DNA of 64,000 nucleotides from Ignavibacteria bacterium (lineage in GTDB: Bacteria > Bacteroidota > Ignavibacteria > Tepidaquicellales > Tepidaquicellaceae), in the NCBI GenBank assembly GCA_026417495.1, contig JAOADD010000017.1, positions 17,911-81,910 on the forward strand. The letters run 5' to 3'. The first letter of the stretch is position 1; each line of letters opens with the position of its first letter. Positions 58,578-64,000 of the stretch are shown one piece after another. Both the position numbers and the translations under genes were made by a program. The notes beneath the pieces were generated by a model. It worked only from the letters and a program-made list of their open reading frames with translations, was not told the origin of the DNA and made no database searches.

Positions 58578-60356
58578 TTACTTATTAAAGATTTTATTAT
58601 AATAAATTACTTTAATTGAATTAATTACCACACCATTTGGTTCTTCGTTAATTTTTCTATTGTACTCCTCCTGTACTTTTTCTTTATCTTCTCTAATACC
58701 TTTTTCAATCTGTTCTCTATTATACATATAATTGTATGGAGTTAAATATTTATATTCATATTTTGAAATTAAGTCAGCAAACTTTGGTAAATCTTTTACC
58801 CAGAGGAAAGATTTATCATCCCAAAAAATTAATTTCCATTCTGGAGTTCTACAGAAGTAAGAAATAACTGTTGTTTGCATTTCATTCGGTTGGCGTACTA
58901 AATCAGGTGCAAGATATATAGCATAATCAATACCGTACTCATTAAGTTTCTTCTCAAAACCTGGTTTCATTGAGATTATTTGACTGTACTTGTCGAATAT
59001 TTCATCATTAAGATTTCTACTATCTATGAAATTTTTTTTATCAGGAAAATTCCAAACAAAAAAACCCCCCGTACCGAAGTGATTAAAAATTCTTTCTCCA
59101 ATTTGAGGGACATTATTCTTTTTCATAAAGTCAAACATCTGAACTGGAATAAACTCTTCATTAATTCCAATTCCTGAAACTCTGTAATACCTTAAGAACT
59201 CAAGATAAAATTTATTGTTTGATATTGGAACTATCAAATATATAAAAAACACTGATAATATTACTTTAGGGATCGGTCCTCTATAAATTAAATTCCTAAA
59301 TTTAACACTACCAATTTTTTCAAAAAGATAATTATGTGATACTACTATAAAAACAAATAGAATTAAATCGAAGTCAACAACAAATCGCATTGCTCTTATA
59401 GAATAAAAAGCAAAACCAATATATAGCAACGCAGGGAAAATGTCTTTCTTAATAAATGAATAAATCACAATAAAAAAACCTGTAAACAAAAAAATCTTGT
59501 ATAAGACAATTGGTAAACTTGCACTATAAGTCGGGTGAAACGGTGAAAACCATTCATTCACAGTTTCTAACAATTTCATCTTTGTATGTTCATAAGCATA
59601 TATATAAGTTTGATAGAAATTTGGATTTAAAAACATAACTAGAATAGCAAGAATAGAAATGCCAAGCAAATATATTAATTCTCGCTTTTCTAAAGGTTTA
59701 ATTTCTGAGTTTCTTGAAATTTTTGGGAAGAAGAAATTAAGCAATTCGGAAAAAACATAAATTCCTAAAAGAAACAAACCAGCAATTATCCCCATATGCA
59801 TATTCGCCCAAATCAGAAAAATCAGAGGAATAAAAAACAATTTTTTATAATTTCCTCTATCAAAATATCTATATTCACAAATTATTATTATTAAAAGAAT
59901 GAAAAATAAATAAGACATTAAATGAGGCCGTGGTGTGAGCCTATCCATAATGGCAAAAGCCAACAAGAAAAGATAAATAAAACTAATTACATAACTTATT
60001 CCAAACTTTCTAAGTAGATAAAGATACAAAGCAAAAATTAAAAGAAACATAAAAGTCCTAAGAAGTGAAAGTCCTGGAATACCTGCGACTTGATATAACA
60101 AATAAGTAAGTACATCCCATCCCCATTCAAAAGGCATCCACTCATCTTTTTCAGTCATATAACCAAATACATCTGTAGAAGGTACATATTTATTCTCAAC
60201 GATATATCTACCTGTAGCTAAATGCCAGAATACATCATCATCACCAGTAATTTTAAACGAAGTAAAAACACTCAAAAATGCTGCAAATGAAATTGCTAAG
60301 AGTAAAGTATAGTAATGATTTTCTTTATATTTTGTTCCTTTTACTACTTTAGTCAT
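58578..60356 (-). CDS. large polytopic membrane protein, possibly GT-C-fold glycosyltransferase
   Basis: 592 aa with more than 10 predicted TM helices. An acidic first-loop motif GDDDVFWHLATGRYI and a roughly 200-aa C-terminal soluble domain. Confidence 0.5.
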   Translation of the reverse strand: MTKVVKGTKYKENHYYTLLLAISFAAFLSVFTSFKITGDDDVFWHLATGRYIVENKYVPSTDVFGYMTEKDEWMPFEWGWDVLTYLLYQVAGIPGLSLLRTFMFLLIFALYLYLLRKFGISYVISFIYLFLLAFAIMDRLTPRPHLMSYLFFILLIIIICEYRYFDRGNYKKLFFIPLIFLIWANMHMGIIAGLFLLGIYVFSELLNFFFPKISRNSEIKPLEKRELIYLLGISILAILVMFLNPNFYQTYIYAYEHTKMKLLETVNEWFSPFHPTYSASLPIVLYKIFLFTGFFIVIYSFIKKDIFPALLYIGFAFYSIRAMRFVVDFDLILFVFIVVSHNYLFEKIGSVKFRNLIYRGPIPKVILSVFFIYLIVPISNNKFYLEFLRYYRVSGIGINEEFIPVQMFDFMKKNNVPQIGERIFNHFGTGGFFVWNFPDKKNFIDSRNLNDEIFDKYSQIISMKPGFEKKLNEYGIDYAIYLAPDLVRQPNEMQTTVISYFCRTPEWKLIFWDDKSFLWVKDLPKFADLISKYEYKYLTPYNYMYNREQIEKGIREDKEKVQEEYNRKINEEPNGVVINSIKVIYYNKIFNK

Positions 60357-61457
60357 TTAATTTATATCTGTTGATAATTTAAATCTTACAATTCGATTAT
60401 TCCCTGTATCTGCAATGTATAAAACCTTGTTAAAGAAAGCTACACCCTTGGGGGAATTTAATTGATTCTCCCCTGCACCTCTACCACCAAAAGAGCCATT
60501 TTGAAGTTTACCATTAGAAGAATACTTATATAATGAATCTTTTGCAGCATCAACTATATATATGTTCATATAATTATCCATTGCAACTGACATTGGAGCT
60601 CCAAATTGCTTTTTAATTAAATCAATATCACTACCAGGTAAAAATTTAGGTTCATAAGTACCATTAGCATCATCGTAAATAAACCACTCTACTTTAAAGC
60701 CATATTCATTTGTATTCCTTGTTATTATAAAGTCTGTTTGACTATTTCTTACTACTTTAACAGAAGAAGTTTTTTCTATTGAATATATACCACCACCTGT
60801 TGTCTGAAATCCTGTATAAACAAAAACATTCTGTATTGTATCTCTACCTCTTACCCTGAGTAAAGCATTATCAGGATCAATACCAGTGTTATCTGGACCT
60901 ACTCTTGTAATAATATATGAATTATCAGGAAATACAGAAATACCTGTGAATTTTCTTTTATTACTTGAAAGAACAGTTCCATCTAAACTTGACATAATCC
61001 TTTTTTTCCTTGCATTAGAAATAATGCCACCTACCTCAACAAGTTTTATCCTATACAAAACTGTTACAGTATCAGTAGAGCTAATTGCCGAATCACAAAG
61101 TACAAGTAAATCAAAATTATAGTCCTGTGCGATTCTTCTTGGATAATTTACATTTACACCAGAAATATCTAATGACCCAATCTCTCCACCCGCTAAATCA
61201 AGTTGTACAATTCTATTATTTTTTGTATCCGCAACATAAATTAAGGGTTCCCATCCAACAAGAACATCCTCAGGTGCATTAAACTGTGTCCATACGGGAT
61301 ATTGCTGAACATAAACAGTATCACTAATATTTATCGTTTGATTATTAGATATTGGGAAAAGAGATAAGTCAAGTTTTTCATCACAGCCTAAAAATGAAAT
61401 TAGAAAAATTATAAAAAGGTTAATAATTTGTTTGATAAAACTTTTTTTCATAAACAT
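60357..61457 (-). CDS. NHL-repeat beta-propeller lipoprotein
   Basis: Lipobox SFLGC and NHL-like units (ADTKNNRIVQLD, ADTGNNRIVRFK). Confidence 0.7.
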   Translation of the reverse strand: MFMKKSFIKQIINLFIIFLISFLGCDEKLDLSLFPISNNQTINISDTVYVQQYPVWTQFNAPEDVLVGWEPLIYVADTKNNRIVQLDLAGGEIGSLDISGVNVNYPRRIAQDYNFDLLVLCDSAISSTDTVTVLYRIKLVEVGGIISNARKKRIMSSLDGTVLSSNKRKFTGISVFPDNSYIITRVGPDNTGIDPDNALLRVRGRDTIQNVFVYTGFQTTGGGIYSIEKTSSVKVVRNSQTDFIITRNTNEYGFKVEWFIYDDANGTYEPKFLPGSDIDLIKKQFGAPMSVAMDNYMNIYIVDAAKDSLYKYSSNGKLQNGSFGGRGAGENQLNSPKGVAFFNKVLYIADTGNNRIVRFKLSTDIN

Positions 61458-62437
61458 TACTTTTTAGGTAATAAAAGATTAAGTGAAATTCTATGTGCTA
61501 AACCGAGCATTCTATAATTAGAAATTGCGTAGTCAAAATTTAATTTAGCAAAAGATACTGGAACTCTAATACCAACACCTGCGGAAAAGTTTTCTGCGTC
61601 AACATTGAATTTATAACCACCTCTTAGGAAAAACATTTCTTTATAAGAATATTCACCTCCAATTGAGAAATTTTCAGCATTATCATTTGGGCTATTCAAT
61701 TGAATACTTGTTGTAATTCTATTAGTTTCAGTCAGTAATGGTTCAAAAGCAAACCCAATTTTAAAAAGTGTGGGTGGTGGAAATTTTTGGAATGAATTTA
61801 CCTGTTTACCGCTAATTAATTGCACAGAACCAGTTGGAGAAACCTGTGCTCCAAAATTAGAAATAACAACAGAAAATCTTGTTGTACCTAAACCTGTTCT
61901 GTAATATGTACCCAAGTCTGCCACAACTGTTCTCATTTTTAAATCTGCAAGAGTCTCCTCAACATACTTAACTGTAGCACCAAAAGAAAACTGGTCTGTC
62001 ATTTGTCTTGCATAACTTAACCCAATAGCAATATCAGAATATCTAAAATATTCTCCTGTACCAAATGGTTGTAATTCAGTAGTTACTTTCATATCAGGAG
62101 TAGTTAGAGCAGTAATACTAATTCCAAGTGCATTGTTACCACCAAAGTGATACACTCCACCAAAGAATTCCATTCTAGTATCAACAAACCATTCCGTATG
62201 ATTTACAATTATTCCATCTTCTTTGAATAATGTAAGACCAGCAGGATTATAATAAAGAGCAGATATATCATCAACAATAGAAACAAAAGTCTCACCCATG
62301 CCCGCAGCTCTTGCACCCTGCCCAATTTTCAAAAATTGCAAAGATGATGTTCCTGTTTTTTGTCCACCAAGATTAGGAATCAACTGTCCAAAAGAACAGG
62401 AAACAAAAATTAATAATATGAGTAAAACTTTTTTCAT
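61457..62437 (-). CDS. PorV/PorQ family outer-membrane beta-barrel protein
   Basis: Signal peptide. The N-terminal signature SSLQFLKIGQGARAAGMGETFVSIVDDISALYYNPAGL matches my recollection of the PorV/PorQ family. Alternating beta-strand pattern to the C-terminus. Confidence 0.68.
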   Translation of the reverse strand: MKKVLLILLIFVSCSFGQLIPNLGGQKTGTSSLQFLKIGQGARAAGMGETFVSIVDDISALYYNPAGLTLFKEDGIIVNHTEWFVDTRMEFFGGVYHFGGNNALGISITALTTPDMKVTTELQPFGTGEYFRYSDIAIGLSYARQMTDQFSFGATVKYVEETLADLKMRTVVADLGTYYRTGLGTTRFSVVISNFGAQVSPTGSVQLISGKQVNSFQKFPPPTLFKIGFAFEPLLTETNRITTSIQLNSPNDNAENFSIGGEYSYKEMFFLRGGYKFNVDAENFSAGVGIRVPVSFAKLNFDYAISNYRMLGLAHRISLNLLLPKK

Positions 62438-62440
62438 AAA

Positions 62441-64000
62441 TTATATTTTAAAAGAAATTCCAAATAATATTTGTCTTGGAGCTAAATACCTTGCAGGATT
62501 ATAGGGGAATGGGTCAAGTGGTGCCTGCAAATCTGGGAATAATGGATCATTCCAAAAGTTTGGTGTCGGATCTCCGTACTCATATGCTCTACCTGTAACG
62601 GGATTAAGTATTGCAGAATTCTTATTGTTAAATAAATTTTTCACAGTCAGTGATAATATACAGTCAAATGAAAAAATTTCTATATATTTATCTATATTTA
62701 AATCAACATAGAACCAATTGTCTCCGACTTTTCCATTTATATTGTTATAATCAGGTGTGAATTCAGGTCTTCCATTTTCAAGTGTACCCGTTCGGACATA
62801 TTCCGTATATCTTTTACCTGATTGGAAAAATATTCTTGTCTTAATATTTATATCGTCTAAAATATTTTTTGCAAAGCCAAAAATACCTTTTCCTTTTTCT
62901 AATCTAAAAAACAGATTTGCACTAATTTGAACTGGCCTATCCCAACTCAAAAATGTTTCTGAAACAATTTCCTGTGCTCCTCTTGTAATCACAAGGAAAC
63001 CTTGGTCAGAAGTGGAACTTTTTCCTGTCGCTACAGAATATGTAAAATTGAATTTTCCACTGAACCAATTCCCAATTCGTTTCTTATATTCTATCTCTAT
63101 TCCCCTTGAACGAGCATAATCCATATTAAAGTAGCTGATATAATTTTTACCAATATATCTACCACTATTAATTACTATACTTCTTGTTGAAACATAATCA
63201 TAAATATTTTTATAATAAGCTGTTATAGTTAAAACATCGTCATTTGTAAATTGATTTCTTATTCCAAGTTCATAGGATACAGTTGTTTCAGGATTTAAAG
63301 TAGGATTCCCAAATTTTTGAAAGGTAGATTTTGCACTTTGTGGGTTTAATTTTGCATATATAAACTGTGGTTTTGGCCGTTTTGAAAAATGCCCATAAGA
63401 GAAGAATAAAGTTTGATTATCTGTAATTGGATGTGATATTCCTATTCTTGGAGATATTCTACCTTTCCATCTTCTGCCAAATAAGTTATATGTATCATCA
63501 AGATATTTCTGTCGAAGTTCTTGTGGAAGTGCTGTTTGCTCTATATTATTAATTGCATCATCTACAAATTTTCCTGGAAACCAATAATCAAATCTAATTC
63601 CGTAATTTAAAATCATTCCCTTTATTTGATAGTTATGTTGAATGTATGCTGCTCCAAAAGCAGGGTAAACCTTATAAACATCATTATTTAATCCCATTGG
63701 TTTAATCCATGGTTGATAAATATCAATAAGTTGCATTTCCTGAAAATTCATCTCAATACCTGCTTTTAACTTACTTTTTGGTGTGAAATTATTTGTGAAA
63801 TCCGATTTGAATGAATATTCTTCTACATAGTGATCATGCCAGGTGTATGGATTACCAACATCATAGAAGCCATCACCTGGAATTATTCCTGTCCTTAAAG
63901 AATCAATTTTATAGTATACAAATGGTGGTTTTATGATATCAAGTGGTTCTTTATATTGGTCCCAATTTTTACCATTTGCATCTACTCTTAGGTTTGTGAA
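62441..64000 (-). CDS. TonB-dependent-receptor-like outer-membrane barrel, 5'-partial (start beyond window end)
   Basis: The ORF track starts it at the Met at 63751. My manual translation shows the frame stays open from 63752 to 64000 (...FTNLRVDANGKNWDQYKEPLDII...). It has the beta-barrel strand pattern and an aromatic-rich C-terminus typical of TBDRs. Confidence 0.72.
   Translation of the reverse strand, partial: FTNLRVDANGKNWDQYKEPLDIIKPPFVYYKIDSLRTGIIPGDGFYDVGNPYTWHDHYVEEYSFKSDFTNNFTPKSKLKAGIEMNFQEMQLIDIYQPWIKPMGLNNDVYKVYPAFGAAYIQHNYQIKGMILNYGIRFDYWFPGKFVDDAINNIEQTALPQELRQKYLDDTYNLFGRRWKGRISPRIGISHPITDNQTLFFSYGHFSKRPKPQFIYAKLNPQSAKSTFQKFGNPTLNPETTVSYELGIRNQFTNDDVLTITAYYKNIYDYVSTRSIVINSGRYIGKNYISYFNMDYARSRGIEIEYKKRIGNWFSGKFNFTYSVATGKSSTSDQGFLVITRGAQEIVSETFLSWDRPVQISANLFFRLEKGKGIFGFAKNILDDINIKTRIFFQSGKRYTEYVRTGTLENGRPEFTPDYNNINGKVGDNWFYVDLNIDKYIEIFSFDCILSLTVKNLFNNKNSAILNPVTGRAYEYGDPTPNFWNDPLFPDLQAPLDPFPYNPARYLAPRQILFGISFKI

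Noticed and set aside
59058-59070. A7C6 homopolymer pair (G6T7 on the coding strand) inside the 592-aa membrane gene as a possible phase-variation tract
   Set aside because: The G/C run is only 6 nt, below the lengths usually associated with slipped-strand switching. It encodes a sensible GTGGFFVW segment in frame.
1-64000. Search for mobile elements, CRISPR arrays, prophage or known defence systems
   Set aside because: No transposase, integrase, recombinase, Cas, restriction-modification, toxin-antitoxin or phage-like protein signatures appear in any listed ORF. I found no regularly spaced direct repeats. The tRNA and tmRNA genes, which are common integration sites, are flanked by ordinary housekeeping genes.

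Overview
This is a strongly AT-rich, gene-dense chromosomal segment that reads with the standard bacterial code (TGA, TAA and TAG all act as stops). I did not compute G+C. I support 63 protein-coding genes, including two partial genes at the window edges. There is also one tRNA-Thr(CGU) and one tmRNA (ssrA). The ORF track misses rpmH (L34, 51 aa), ssrA, the tRNA and both edge-truncated genes; I found these by reading the sequence. Several markers point to the Fibrobacteres-Chlorobi-Bacteroidetes group, probably an Ignavibacteria-like lineage. This is an inference, not a database result. The markers are a T9SS C-terminal sorting domain, a PorV/PorQ-like protein, bshC, a histone-H1-like protein, a thrombospondin-repeat OmpA and a tmRNA tag ending in YAMAA.

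Most of the content is housekeeping:
- Translation and membrane insertion: gcvP, hisS, lgt, rpmH-rnpA-yidD-yidC, smpB-tyrS, lepA-lepB, aspS, ahcY.
- Phosphate acquisition: pstCAB, a PstS-like protein, and an alkaline phosphatase.
- Carbamoyl-phosphate and lipid metabolism: arcC-argF-pyrB-like, fabD/fabG/fabH.
- Stress and resistance: an arsR-arsC-trx-acr3 arsenic operon and a Fur-bacterioferritin-peroxiredoxin cluster.

I found no transposase, integrase, phage gene, CRISPR array or recognisable defence system. The least ordinary parts are listed below. All of these are hypotheses that need database and structure checks I cannot run here.
- A tightly packed outer-membrane operon at 56.2-64 kb. 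It encodes a TonB-dependent-receptor-like barrel, a PorV/PorQ-like protein, an NHL lipoprotein, a large polytopic membrane protein and a T9SS-sorted two-HKD enzyme. An NtrC-type regulator and a stand-alone Hpt protein follow it.
- A carbamate kinase, OTCase and ATCase-like operon.
- A pstC whose conserved first transmembrane helix lies upstream of any canonical start codon.
- A Cys-rich protein translationally coupled between fabD and fabG.
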